From Akkermansia muciniphila (GTDB taxonomy: Bacteria; Verrucomicrobiota; Verrucomicrobiia; Verrucomicrobiales; Verrucomicrobiaceae): a DNA stretch of 64,000 bases. The first letter of the stretch is position 1. Every line of letters starts with the position of its first letter. A model generated the notes under the pieces. The model did no database searches. It was not told the DNA's origin and was given only the letters and a program-made list of their open reading frames with translations. Below are positions 25,726-34,876 of this stretch, piece by piece. The position numbers and the translations under genes were made by a program. The stretch covers positions 3-64,002 of the forward strand of contig CALSBJ010000031.1 of NCBI GenBank assembly GCA_943373155.1, read 5' to 3'.

Positions 25726-27092
25726 GCGTGGGAGGGGTTCGGGTGGGAGTGGATGGCTGGTAAAGGTGGCAGCGCCCAGGGCGAGGGAGCCGCAGCGGGC
25801 TTCGCGGCATCGACGGGGCGTGTGAGGCGGTTCAGCGAGATGCCGAGGAAGACCCAGAAGAGGGAGAAGCCGCTGAAGACATTGCCTACGTAGAGGAAGA
25901 CGAGGCAGCCGAGCAGTACGGCACGGCCGGTGAAGAGAAACGGATCGCGTCCGCCGAGGCGGATGCGGCGGGTGAGCTCGCCCCAGATCTTGGCCATCGC
26001 GGCGAAGAAGCACAGGCCGCCGATCCAGCCGAACTGGCTGAAGACCTCGATGTAGCCGCTGTCACACCAGCCTTCCTTCGTGCCACCGCCGATACGTCCG
26101 GCACCGAAGCCGGAGCTGCCGAGGCCGAGGCCGAGCGGATGCTGCATGATCCAGGGAATGCCGGTGGTGAAGATTTCGAGGCGGCCCTGATAGGAACCGT
26201 CGTTTTGCATGTCGGTAAGCGTGTCGAAGCGCTTTTGAATGCGGGAAGCACCGGGCAGGTGTTCAAGTCCGACGCTCAAGCCGAGTCCGAGCATGCCGGC
26301 GAGCAGCAGCACACGCCCAAGGCCGCGTCCTTTGGAAAGGGCAGGTTGTAGCACGGCCACCAGCGCCACGATGATGAACATGCTGCGGCTCAGCGTGAGC
26401 ACGACGACGGAGAACAGCAGCAGCACAGTGAGCCAGCCGCCGAGAATGCGCCAGCGTGGGTGCAGGATCATCGGAATGGCCGCCCAGGCGAGGAAGGCTG
26501 CGCAGGGGCCGCGTTCATGCATCGTGGAAAAGACCGACATCTCCGTGGGACGAAGCTGGCCGAGGTAGCCGACGAATTTCACCTCCGTGACCCAGAAGGC
26601 ATCCCACGGCGGAATGGTGAGGTATTGAAACCAGCCGTAAAGCGCCACGAGCAAGGCGGCGTAGCCGCAGGACTTCATCCAGCGATCAGCGCTACTGGTT
26701 TGAACCGGCGCGGTGGCGGCAAACAAGAAGGCGCCGAAGCCGGCGAGCCATTCACCGAGCGAGTAGATCGCGCCGATGCCTGAGTTCATGAAGCCGATGA
26801 CCATGCCATGAGCCAGCGCCACCATGATGAGCATGGCGATGGAGCGGCTGCGCGGCGTGAGCTGGCCGAAGCGCGACATCGCCGGAATGAGCAGCAGGGC
26901 GCTGACGATCAGCGGCGTGAGGCTGATGGTGGAGAGCGGGTTGAACGCGCCGTTGATGTAAAAGTCCACGAGGCGGCGGATGCCGCGGTTCAAGGCCACG
27001 ATGAAGAACGCGTAGTCCAGCAGCCAGCTCGAACGCGTGGCGGCGAGCCACAGCGCGGGCAGAATCATGAGGACGGTGACGACGAGTTCCAT
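25722..27092 (-). CDS. O-antigen ligase/polymerase family membrane protein (Wzy-like)
   Basis: About 456 aa and polytopic. SRSMFIIVALVAVLQP...LGLGLGSSGFGAGRIGG...GWCDSGYIEVFSQFGWIGGLCFF is a Wzy_C-type pattern. Start re-picked at MELVVTVL (27092). Confidence 0.75.
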   Translation of the reverse strand: MELVVTVLMILPALWLAATRSSWLLDYAFFIVALNRGIRRLVDFYINGAFNPLSTISLTPLIVSALLLIPAMSRFGQLTPRSRSIAMLIMVALAHGMVIGFMNSGIGAIYSLGEWLAGFGAFLFAATAPVQTSSADRWMKSCGYAALLVALYGWFQYLTIPPWDAFWVTEVKFVGYLGQLRPTEMSVFSTMHERGPCAAFLAWAAIPMILHPRWRILGGWLTVLLLFSVVVLTLSRSMFIIVALVAVLQPALSKGRGLGRVLLLAGMLGLGLSVGLEHLPGASRIQKRFDTLTDMQNDGSYQGRLEIFTTGIPWIMQHPLGLGLGSSGFGAGRIGGGTKEGWCDSGYIEVFSQFGWIGGLCFFAAMAKIWGELTRRIRLGGRDPFLFTGRAVLLGCLVFLYVGNVFSGFSLFWVFLGISLNRLTRPVDAAKPAAAPSPWALPPLPAIHSHPNPSHA

Positions 27093-27094
27093 GT

Positions 27095-27754
27095 TCAACG
27101 GGCGGGAAGAGGTGAGGCGGAAGGGGAAGGGACGTCCTCGAGTTCCGCGTGGGCTTGCAGGCGTGGATTGCGTCCCACCCAGGCCATCACGGGGCCAAAC
27201 CAGGACGAGGGGATGTAATCGAAGCTCTCGATGCGGCGTGTGCCGATCTCCCGCGCCGGATTGCCACCGACGACGGTGAAGGGGCGCACATCCCGCGTCA
27301 CCACGGCCGCCGCTGCCACGACGGCTCCGCGGCCGATGCGCACGCCTTTGAGGATCATCGCATCCGTGGCGATCCACGCATGATCCTCGATGATGATGGG
27401 CGAGAAGACGTGGTCGTAGGTGGGCGAGTGAATGTCATGCGAGCCGGTGATGAGGCGCACGCCATCATTGATGACGACGCAGTTGCCGATTTCGATGCGC
27501 TCGTGCGACTGCATGCGGGTGATGCCGAGGCAGCAGCACTCGCCAATGCGCAGATGCGAGGCATCACCATGCACGGTGAGATGCGAAATGACGCTCGATG
27601 AGGCGATGCGGGCACCTTTGAGCCGCCAGCGCAGGGATTGCAGCGCATAGCCGAGTAGAGCGGGCAGATTCCAAAGGCGTTTGAGCCAGGTGCGCAGCCA
27701 TGCACGACTGAAAAGCGCAGGCCGGGTGCGGTGTTGGAGCAGGAAGGCAATCAT
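27095..27754 (-). CDS. Hexapeptide-repeat acetyltransferase
   Basis: IEIGNCVVINDGVRLITGSHD...IIIEDHAWIATDAMILKGVRIGRGAVVAAAAVVTRDVRPFTVVGGNPAREIG. Start re-picked at MIAFLL (27754; ATGA overlap). Confidence 0.8.
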   Translation of the reverse strand: MIAFLLQHRTRPALFSRAWLRTWLKRLWNLPALLGYALQSLRWRLKGARIASSSVISHLTVHGDASHLRIGECCCLGITRMQSHERIEIGNCVVINDGVRLITGSHDIHSPTYDHVFSPIIIEDHAWIATDAMILKGVRIGRGAVVAAAAVVTRDVRPFTVVGGNPAREIGTRRIESFDYIPSSWFGPVMAWVGRNPRLQAHAELEDVPSPSASPLPAR

Positions 27755-28734
27755 GGCGCGGCGGGGAGTGCGGTGGTCGAGAGGCTGTGAGGCTCGCGAG
27801 AGGCACCGAAGCAGGTTTTGAACGCGGCGGCTCTTCCGGCCCAGGTGGCGGCAAAACGGGCTGCGGGCTGCGATTGGGGCTTCAGGATGAAATCGACGGC
27901 GCGGAGCAATCCGGGGCACACATGACTGCCGACGAGCATCTGCCACAGCGGGAGGGTCCAGAACGCGAGGCCCGTGGCGTGCTTCAAAGCGACGAAGGTT
28001 TCGTTGTAGGCGATGTCGCTGGTGCCTTCGTAGTTGAAGACGCCGCGATGCACCGTGTCGCCATCATGACGCGGGGCCACGTTGTGGATGATGGTGACGG
28101 TTGGATCAAAGATCATGCCTTTACCCGCCTCACGGGCCTGGAGGCCGAGGGCGAGTTCCCAGTTCACCTGGGCTCCACGGCCACGCAGGCCGCTTTCGAA
28201 GCCGCGACGGCGCAGGAAGCTGCCACGGAAAAGGCAGTTGGATCCACGCAGCACCTGCACGCGGCGTGCGCTGCCGCCGCCGCGATGATGACCACCCGTG
28301 ACACGGCCAAACCAATGCACATTGCCCACGTCCTGCACCAGCGGCTCCGTGCGGCGCATCTCGGGATCATCCATGAGCAGGTCACGACCTCCGGCGGCGA
28401 CGACGTCGTTATAGGAACGCAGATGCTGGAGCATGGTGGCGAGCCAGTTCGGCGGGATGACCACATCGTCATCGAGCAGTGCGATGAAGTTCGAGCGGCA
28501 TTCAGCGAGGCAGGAGTTCATCGAGCCGACGACGCCGATGCCACGAGCCTCGACGGCCATCACGGGCAGTTTCGTGGCAAACTCCGCGATGACGGCGGGC
28601 GTGAGGTCGTCATCGGCTCGTACGCCAATGCGGATGCGTGTGGCGCGGAGTTCCTGCTGGCAGAGGGCCTCCAGGCAGCGGCGGAGATGGTCCGGACGCT
28701 TCAAGGTGGGGATAATGATGTCGATGGTGGCCAT
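27751..28734 (-). CDS. Glycosyltransferase family 2
   Basis: MATIDIIIPTLKRPDHLRRCLEALCQQ...FIALLDDDVVIPPNW (DxD region). Confidence 0.85.
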   Translation of the reverse strand: MATIDIIIPTLKRPDHLRRCLEALCQQELRATRIRIGVRADDDLTPAVIAEFATKLPVMAVEARGIGVVGSMNSCLAECRSNFIALLDDDVVIPPNWLATMLQHLRSYNDVVAAGGRDLLMDDPEMRRTEPLVQDVGNVHWFGRVTGGHHRGGGSARRVQVLRGSNCLFRGSFLRRRGFESGLRGRGAQVNWELALGLQAREAGKGMIFDPTVTIIHNVAPRHDGDTVHRGVFNYEGTSDIAYNETFVALKHATGLAFWTLPLWQMLVGSHVCPGLLRAVDFILKPQSQPAARFAATWAGRAAAFKTCFGASREPHSLSTTALPAAP

Positions 28735-28746
28735 GATTGGGAGGTT

Positions 28747-29979
28747 TCAGGCGGCTTGTGGGAGGGGGCGCTGCTCCACGACGCCGTGGAGGATGCTGGA
28801 AAGGCGGCGCGTGACGCGGCGGAGGTCGAAGTGCGCCTCGGCGAGCTCACGCGAGGGCGTGATCGCGGTGCTGCGTCGCTGAAAAAGCTCCGCGAGAGCC
28901 GCGGCGAAGGTTTCGGGCCGATCATCCGCGAGGTGGATGTCCCGCTCGCAGAGGTAATCGGCATTGCCATTCGTGCGGCCGACGATCACCGGCAGGCCAC
29001 AGGCCTGGGCCTCGGCCACGGAGGAGCCAAAATTTTCCTCGTCGCTCGGCTGCGCGAGCACATCGTGCTTTCGCATGAGCTCCGGCACCTGCGTGCGAGG
29101 CATGGAGCGTATCCATTCGATGCTTTGCGGGAACTCGAAGCCCTCGATGAGCTTTTCATAGCCCGGCACAAAACCGGTGCCGCCGACGATGGTGGCCTTC
29201 ACCGGCAATCCACCGCGGATGGCACGCGAAAGGCCGCGGAGGAACACATCGAGCCGTTTGCGCGGAATGATGCGTCCGAGCCACAAAAGCCTCAAAGCAT
29301 CCGAATCGGGCTTCAAGGGCTCGGAAGTATCAAACAGGCTCAAATCGATCGGATAGGGCAGCGCAGAGGTTTGATCGGCAACGACGCCATACTCGGAGCG
29401 CAGCGTTTCGCATGACTGACGGCTGCCGACGATGATGTGATCGGAATGATGAAGCGGCGGCAGGCCGGCGGGCGAGAGGCGCACATTGGCCAGCGCGAGC
29501 CATTTCAAGGCGGTGCAGGCTCCGGCGAGGCGGCGGATTTCGCCAAAGCGACTGATGATGGAGCGTGCATCCGTGCCGGGAGGTCCTTGAGCAAAGCTGA
29601 TCGAGGGTACATTCGCCACACGACCCGGCGCGTAGTCGCCGAGCCACAAACAGAGGTCGTAGCGACGGCGGCGATGCTCACGACGCATGTGTTTGAGCAG
29701 CAAACGCGTGTAAGTGGCGCAATCGACACGGCAGGCGAGGAAGCCGAGCGCGGGAACGCGTTGCACTTTGGCGCGGAAACGGTCTGGGCCGATGTTGTCG
29801 GTGCAGACAAAGCGGAACAGTGGATGCTCGCCCACGCAGGGACGCGGATCGACGAAGGACGGCTTCGAGAAGAAGTCGATCTCGTGGCCTTCATCGAGCA
29901 GCGAGCGGAGCAGCAGCGCATTGGCCGAGGCCACGCTGCCTTCCTGGCTGGAGACGTATCCGCTGACGGCGAGCTTCAT
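28747..29979 (-). CDS. Glycosyltransferase family 4
   Basis: C-terminal VLAQPSDEENFGSSVAEAQACGLPVIVGRTNGNADYL. Start re-picked at MKLAVSGY (29979; ATGA overlap). Confidence 0.8.
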   Translation of the reverse strand: MKLAVSGYVSSQEGSVASANALLLRSLLDEGHEIDFFSKPSFVDPRPCVGEHPLFRFVCTDNIGPDRFRAKVQRVPALGFLACRVDCATYTRLLLKHMRREHRRRRYDLCLWLGDYAPGRVANVPSISFAQGPPGTDARSIISRFGEIRRLAGACTALKWLALANVRLSPAGLPPLHHSDHIIVGSRQSCETLRSEYGVVADQTSALPYPIDLSLFDTSEPLKPDSDALRLLWLGRIIPRKRLDVFLRGLSRAIRGGLPVKATIVGGTGFVPGYEKLIEGFEFPQSIEWIRSMPRTQVPELMRKHDVLAQPSDEENFGSSVAEAQACGLPVIVGRTNGNADYLCERDIHLADDRPETFAAALAELFQRRSTAITPSRELAEAHFDLRRVTRRLSSILHGVVEQRPLPQAA

Positions 29980-30923
29980 GACAACAGGGCGGGTTGCTGG
30001 AGGAGGCTTTCGAGGTTCCACGACTCATGACGCGGCTCCTTCCGCAGCCAGCGTTCGTGGATGGCGAGGTCAAAGGAGGCAGGGGTGAAGACTTCCAGCC
30101 CGCTGCCGGGGAAGAAGGTCATCTCGCCGAAATAGACCCCCAAGTCGGTTTGATACAGATCGACGCGGACGAATTCATGCTCGCGAGAGAGGCGTTGGGC
30201 GATCTCGAGCATCACATCAAGGTCACGCGGAGCAGGCGCAGGGTCGGGATAGCGATCATGAGCCAGAGTGACGGGTAGGCAGCGCCAGTCGGTGGTGTAA
30301 AGGCAGCGCAGATGCTCGATGTAGCGGCCGGTATCGTGCTGGATGAAGGCCACCTGGCCGCGGAAGCAGAAGAACTTGTAGTCCTCGGGCACGAGCGAAC
30401 CACTGGGCAGGAACTCCTCGGCGATGATGGCCGGTTTCAAATGGCGATAACCGGGCTCGCGGGAGCCGGTGAAGTAGTCGGTTTCCATCCACACCTTCAG
30501 CGCGGCCTTTTCCTCGGCGGTGAGCGTGCGCGGTGAATGCACGAGGATCGTCATGCCGGAGCCGTGGGTGCCTTTGATCACGCAGCGAGGCACGATCGTG
30601 TCGAAAAACGGATCATCGGCCCGGGTGGCATGATGCAGTGTTTTGGCCACGCGGCACTCCGCGGAGCCGCTGCGCATCTCATCGGCCACGAACTGCTTCA
30701 CGAGATGCTTGTCCACCCATGGGGCAAAGCTCGTGCGTCTTGGCAGCGTGACTTTTCGCATGAAAAGCCATTCATTGAAGGAACGCGGATGACGGACGCT
30801 CGGCCACCAGCCGAAGGTGCGCTTGAAGACGCGGCAGGAGAGCAGGTAACTGGCCCAGGCGCAGTCCGGGAGGATCTTGGCGAGCGTCTTGCCGAGCGCT
30901 CCGTTGTAGGATGGGAGATGCAT
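29976..30923 (-). CDS. ATP-grasp fold amidoligase family protein (TupA-like)
   Basis: FNEWLFMRKV...DKHLVKQFV...CVIKGTHGSGMTILV...DYKFFCFRGQVAFIQHD...VRVDLYQTDLGVYFGEMTFFPGSG matches my recollection of the TupA-like ATP-grasp family (PF14305) found in teichuronopeptide/capsule loci. Confidence 0.7.
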   Translation of the reverse strand: MHLPSYNGALGKTLAKILPDCAWASYLLSCRVFKRTFGWWPSVRHPRSFNEWLFMRKVTLPRRTSFAPWVDKHLVKQFVADEMRSGSAECRVAKTLHHATRADDPFFDTIVPRCVIKGTHGSGMTILVHSPRTLTAEEKAALKVWMETDYFTGSREPGYRHLKPAIIAEEFLPSGSLVPEDYKFFCFRGQVAFIQHDTGRYIEHLRCLYTTDWRCLPVTLAHDRYPDPAPAPRDLDVMLEIAQRLSREHEFVRVDLYQTDLGVYFGEMTFFPGSGLEVFTPASFDLAIHERWLRKEPRHESWNLESLLQQPALLS

Positions 30924-30935
30924 GAGGAGCGTGGA

Positions 30936-31820
30936 TCAGGCTTTCCAGAAGGGTTTCCATTTGGGCGCGAGTCCGAGACGCTCACGCAGGGCGAGGGCGG
31001 CCTTGCCAAGCATGAAGTCGAGGAAGCAGCCGAAGCGCAGCAGCACGGCGCTGCGGATGGCAAAGCCGCGGGTGTATTGATGAAACACGAGGAAGGGCAT
31101 GCCATGCGAGGTGACGGCCCAGCGGCGCGACCAGTCAAAGCGAGTGGCGCGGGCCTGCTCAGCGCTGGCGGGCTTGTGTGCCGCGCCGTAATGCGCGATG
31201 AGGCCATCACCGGGCGAGAGCAGTGCCACGCGGTCGCGGAACTCCGGCAGACGAATGACGTGGTTCGTGGCCACTTGATCCCCGCCGAAGCCGCCAGTGG
31301 CGGTTTTGCAGATGGCGAAGCAGGCCTCGGAGAACTCCTTCATGTCCGCCGCGTAGCCGCCCATTACACCGGCGCAGTACACCTCGGCATCGAGCAATCC
31401 GTCCGCGAGATGCGGGAAGAGCGTGCGCAGCGAGCGTTCGTTCCACCACTGGTCTTTGTAGCGCAGGCCTTCGGAGGCGATGAAGAGGCGCTTCTCCTTC
31501 AAGGCCTGATCCATGACATAAGAAGGATTGGCCGCGAAGGCCACATCACGCACATCGGCCACCATGACGCGGTCTTCAGGCTCGCATTTCTCCAAGAAGG
31601 CGGCGATGTCGCGACGGCGGTCGCGGTTTACATCGTTGTCGCTTTGCGCCTGGACGAGCTGAATGCCGAGGCGCTGCATTTTGCGCAGCAGCGAGGCCTC
31701 CAGGTGCTCGTAGCAGATCATGATGATGCGGCCTTTGAAGCCGCTTTTCAGCGCGGAACGGTGCCAGCAGCACACATCCGCCCAGTCGTGGTAGTCGATA
31801 GCTCCGATGAGGTAGTCCAT
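30936..31820 (-). CDS. Hypothetical protein, no family recognised (possible GT-A-like transferase)
   Basis: 294-aa ORF co-directional and tightly packed in the operon, 12-14 nt from both neighbours. Contains VMVADVRDVAF, a DxD-like acidic motif after a beta-strand-like run. No confident homology from memory. Confidence 0.6.
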   Translation of the reverse strand: MDYLIGAIDYHDWADVCCWHRSALKSGFKGRIIMICYEHLEASLLRKMQRLGIQLVQAQSDNDVNRDRRRDIAAFLEKCEPEDRVMVADVRDVAFAANPSYVMDQALKEKRLFIASEGLRYKDQWWNERSLRTLFPHLADGLLDAEVYCAGVMGGYAADMKEFSEACFAICKTATGGFGGDQVATNHVIRLPEFRDRVALLSPGDGLIAHYGAAHKPASAEQARATRFDWSRRWAVTSHGMPFLVFHQYTRGFAIRSAVLLRFGCFLDFMLGKAALALRERLGLAPKWKPFWKA

Positions 31821-31834
31821 AAGAAAAGAGGGGA

Positions 31835-32761
31835 TCAGGCCGCGAGGGCGGCGCAGGGGGAGTGGTCGTGCTTGAGCTTCTGCCAGAGGCGCATCGTGCG
31901 CAGCGAGAGCGGGCGGCGTTTGCGCAGCAGCGCAGGGAGATCCTGCCAGAAGTCATGCACGGCCTCACGGAAGAGCGGCAGCCAGTTTCCGCCGGTCCAG
32001 TCGCGTGCGTAGCGCAGGTAGCGAGCGGCCTGCACGAGGCGTGGCAGCAGCGTGAAAGACAGCAGCCACAGCGGCTCATGCAGCACGGCCTGATACCAGA
32101 TGTTGCGGGCGTTGAGCTTGGCCCGCTGGCGGCTGTTGCGGGCCACGGGGCTGGGATTGTGGCAGATGCAGCGCTCCGGCAGGTAGATCACGGCGTAGCC
32201 TGCATCCCAGTGGCGTTTGCAGAACTCGTTTTCCTCATGCGCCATCTGCAGCAGCTCCTGAAACCCGCCGAGCTGGTGATACACATCGGCGCGTGTCATG
32301 GCGGCGCAGGTCATGAAGCCGCAGGCAAAGCAGGCATGCTCGACCGGTGCGGGCTGCGTGTAAGGCGCGAGCTCGCCCTGCTCGGTGGATTGCGGGAAGG
32401 CGATGGAGCCCACGGAGGCATCGCGTTCGAGGATGCGCAGTCCTTTCTCGATGCCGTCTCGATTCAGCAAAAGTGAGTCATCATCGAGGAAGAGATACAC
32501 AGAGCCGCTGGCACGCTCGGCGAGCTTATTGCGGCCGGTGGTGGGAAACAGCCGCGTCTCCGAGATGACGATGCTGAGCTTCCGCCGCACGGAGGAAGCG
32601 ACGGTCTCGAAGCAGTTGTCACGCCATGGATGGGTGGGCGCGTTTTGCAGCAGCAGCACCTCGTGGAGGCGGTCGCCGAGCTTTTGGAGGCTTTCGAGGC
32701 AGCGAGTGGCTTCCTCAAGCCGGTCGCTGCAAATGATGAGGACGGAGATGGCGTGCTTCAT
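31835..32761 (-). CDS. Glycosyltransferase family 2
   Basis: MKHAISVLIICSDRLEEATRCLESLQK...VYLFLDDDSLL. Start re-picked at 32761; the ORF-track extension overlaps the upstream GT2. Confidence 0.8.
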   Translation of the reverse strand: MKHAISVLIICSDRLEEATRCLESLQKLGDRLHEVLLLQNAPTHPWRDNCFETVASSVRRKLSIVISETRLFPTTGRNKLAERASGSVYLFLDDDSLLLNRDGIEKGLRILERDASVGSIAFPQSTEQGELAPYTQPAPVEHACFACGFMTCAAMTRADVYHQLGGFQELLQMAHEENEFCKRHWDAGYAVIYLPERCICHNPSPVARNSRQRAKLNARNIWYQAVLHEPLWLLSFTLLPRLVQAARYLRYARDWTGGNWLPLFREAVHDFWQDLPALLRKRRPLSLRTMRLWQKLKHDHSPCAALAA

Positions 32762-32780
32762 GGTGAGAAAAGGGAAGGGC

Positions 32781-33683
32781 TCAGAAACCAAACTTCGGCA
32801 CCCGACCGCCGCCGATGCGCCAGAAGGAGCTGCGGGGTGCGGTGGACCATTTCCGCACCCACGCGGGGGTGCTGATGAGCACGTGAAACCACTCGGCGGT
32901 GAACCGCAGCGCAGCGCGGAGATTGGCCACCGACCATGTTTGCCCGCGGAAGCGTGACTGGATGACGCGGAAGGCATGCCATGGCATGCGCCAAGCCACG
33001 GTGAAGGCGGAAGCCCCCTGATCGAAGGCGAAGATGACCTTGCCCTCCCAGCGGCGGGCGAGTTTTCGCGCATCAGGGATCGGGCGGATGGGGTGAATGA
33101 CCAGCGCCTCAGGGGCGAACGCCATCTTGTAACCAGCGCGGCACAATCTTGCGCTGAGATCGGTGTCCTCGGCATAGACGCCACCGAGGTAGCGTTCATC
33201 AAAGCCGCTCAGTTGATGAAAGGTGCAGGCACGAATGGTGAAATTGCAGGAGCAGGTGAGGTGGCCGTAGTTCTTGAGCGTCTGCGGAGCCTCCCACAGC
33301 AGCGAAGGCAGCGCGGGCTCGCGTCGTGTGGCTCCTTCGATCACGCAGCATGATACAGCGGCGTTCCGAATGCCCACGAGATAGGCGGCGAGGTAGTTTT
33401 CCGTGGGCTGACAATCATCATCGAGGAAGATCAACCATTCGCCGGAGGCGGTTTTGGCCGCGGCATTGCGATTTGATGCAGGTCCACGACGAGGTCCCCG
33501 AAGCCACTTCGCGGCTGGAAGCACCTGGGCGATGATTTCGCGGGCTTTTTCATCCGCGCCGTCATCGGTGACGATGAGCTCCACGCTGCCATCGGCGGGC
33601 AGTTGCGGCGCAAGTAGCTCCAAGCAGCGGCGCAGATCCGCCGGGCGGTTGCAGGTGGGGATGATGAGCGAGGCGAGTGGCAT
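32781..33683 (-). CDS. Glycosyltransferase family 2
   Basis: MPLASLIIPTCNRPADLRRCLELLAPQLPADGSVELIVTDDGADE...WLIFLDDDCQP. Confidence 0.85.
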   Translation of the reverse strand: MPLASLIIPTCNRPADLRRCLELLAPQLPADGSVELIVTDDGADEKAREIIAQVLPAAKWLRGPRRGPASNRNAAAKTASGEWLIFLDDDCQPTENYLAAYLVGIRNAAVSCCVIEGATRREPALPSLLWEAPQTLKNYGHLTCSCNFTIRACTFHQLSGFDERYLGGVYAEDTDLSARLCRAGYKMAFAPEALVIHPIRPIPDARKLARRWEGKVIFAFDQGASAFTVAWRMPWHAFRVIQSRFRGQTWSVANLRAALRFTAEWFHVLISTPAWVRKWSTAPRSSFWRIGGGRVPKFGF

Positions 33684-33690
33684 AGCTTGT

Positions 33691-34851
33691 TCAGTTTGGA
33701 AGTTGAGCGCCCCAGGCTTTCAGATGCGTGCCGACCATCTGCTCGGCAGTGTAATGCGTGAGCTGGTGACGCAGTCCGGCGAGTCCGAGTCGGAGGCGAT
33801 GCTCGGGATCAGTCAAAAGACGCAGCAAGCTCTCGGCGAGCTTTTTCGGCTCCTGCTCGGCCCATACGCCGGTGACGTTGTTTTCGACCAACTCGCGACT
33901 GGCGGGCGCGGTGCCGCAGACGACCGGTTTGCCATACGACCAGGCTTCGACATACACGATGCCGAAGGATTCATGCGCGGAGGGAAGGCAGAAGGCATCG
34001 CACGCGGCATAGGCATCGGCTTTTTCCTGCTCGGTGGGGCAGCCGAGATCACGCACGCTTTCCGGCGAGATGCGGGCGAGACGCGCCTCATCGGCATCAC
34101 CGGGTCCTGCGAGGAGCAAAACGGCCTGCGGGCACTCGCGCAGCACGAGCGGCCAGGCATCGAGCAGTGCGGGATAACCTTTCCCGGCATCGCGACGACC
34201 CAAAAAGAGCACCGCCGGACGATCATCGAGTTCCAGCCACTGGCGAATGCGGGTCGCGTTGCCATTGCTGCGGCACATGGGAGGCAATCCACAACGCACG
34301 AGCCTTTCCTCCGGCACACCGCGAGCGAGCAGATGAGCGCGTTCATACTCGGACTGGCAGAAGACAGCATCGGCCTTCGAGTACAAACGCACGTCGAAGG
34401 CATCATCGCCCCAGGACTGCGGATGCACGGCGGGCCACACGGTGAAGGGCACCTTCGCCTCGCGTGCCTCACGCCACAGCGGGTAGCCGATGATGTCCCA
34501 GCCGGTGCCGACGAAGTGGAGCACATCGACTTCCCGGATGGCGGCATTCCACGAGTCATGATGATTCATCACACGACTCAAGGTGTCCGCAAAGGGCAGC
34601 AAGCGTGCCCGCGAGGCGAGATGGCTGACCCAACGGTGCTGCTTTCGCCAGGTGGCCTGCGGCATGAGCTCGGCGGAGGGCCATTGAAGGCTGCCGGTGC
34701 CTTCTGCATCTCCGGTTTGCACATGCTGAACACTGAGGAACTGGCCGTTGATGCGGAAGAGGCCTTGCAGGCTGGAGGCCAGCTCGCGTTGATACGCGGC
34801 GAGGCCGCCGACGGAGGCGGGATGAATGCGGGAGGCGATGGCGACTTTCAT
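33691..34851 (-). CDS. Glycosyltransferase family 4
   Basis: MKVAIASRIHPASVGGLAAYQREL...CLPSAHESFGIVYVEAWSYGKPVVCGTAPASRELV. Confidence 0.85.
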   Translation of the reverse strand: MKVAIASRIHPASVGGLAAYQRELASSLQGLFRINGQFLSVQHVQTGDAEGTGSLQWPSAELMPQATWRKQHRWVSHLASRARLLPFADTLSRVMNHHDSWNAAIREVDVLHFVGTGWDIIGYPLWREAREAKVPFTVWPAVHPQSWGDDAFDVRLYSKADAVFCQSEYERAHLLARGVPEERLVRCGLPPMCRSNGNATRIRQWLELDDRPAVLFLGRRDAGKGYPALLDAWPLVLRECPQAVLLLAGPGDADEARLARISPESVRDLGCPTEQEKADAYAACDAFCLPSAHESFGIVYVEAWSYGKPVVCGTAPASRELVENNVTGVWAEQEPKKLAESLLRLLTDPEHRLRLGLAGLRHQLTHYTAEQMVGTHLKAWGAQLPN

Positions 34852-34876
34852 GTTCGCGAGTGTGGGTGAAGGTATT

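Noticed and set aside
21812-27946. Long N-terminal extensions of several ORF-track entries (for example 21812..23266, 24571..26013, 25722..27377, 27095..27946)
   Set aside because: The extensions overlap the preceding gene by hundreds of nt and are Arg/Pro/His-rich. Internal ATGs that form ATGA junctions give canonical family N-termini.
27787-34869. Plus-strand ORFs of 542, 491 and 471 aa (27787..29415, 30537..32012, 33454..34869)
   Set aside because: All lie antisense to well-supported minus-strand GT and ATP-grasp genes. Their composition is low-complexity and GC-driven.
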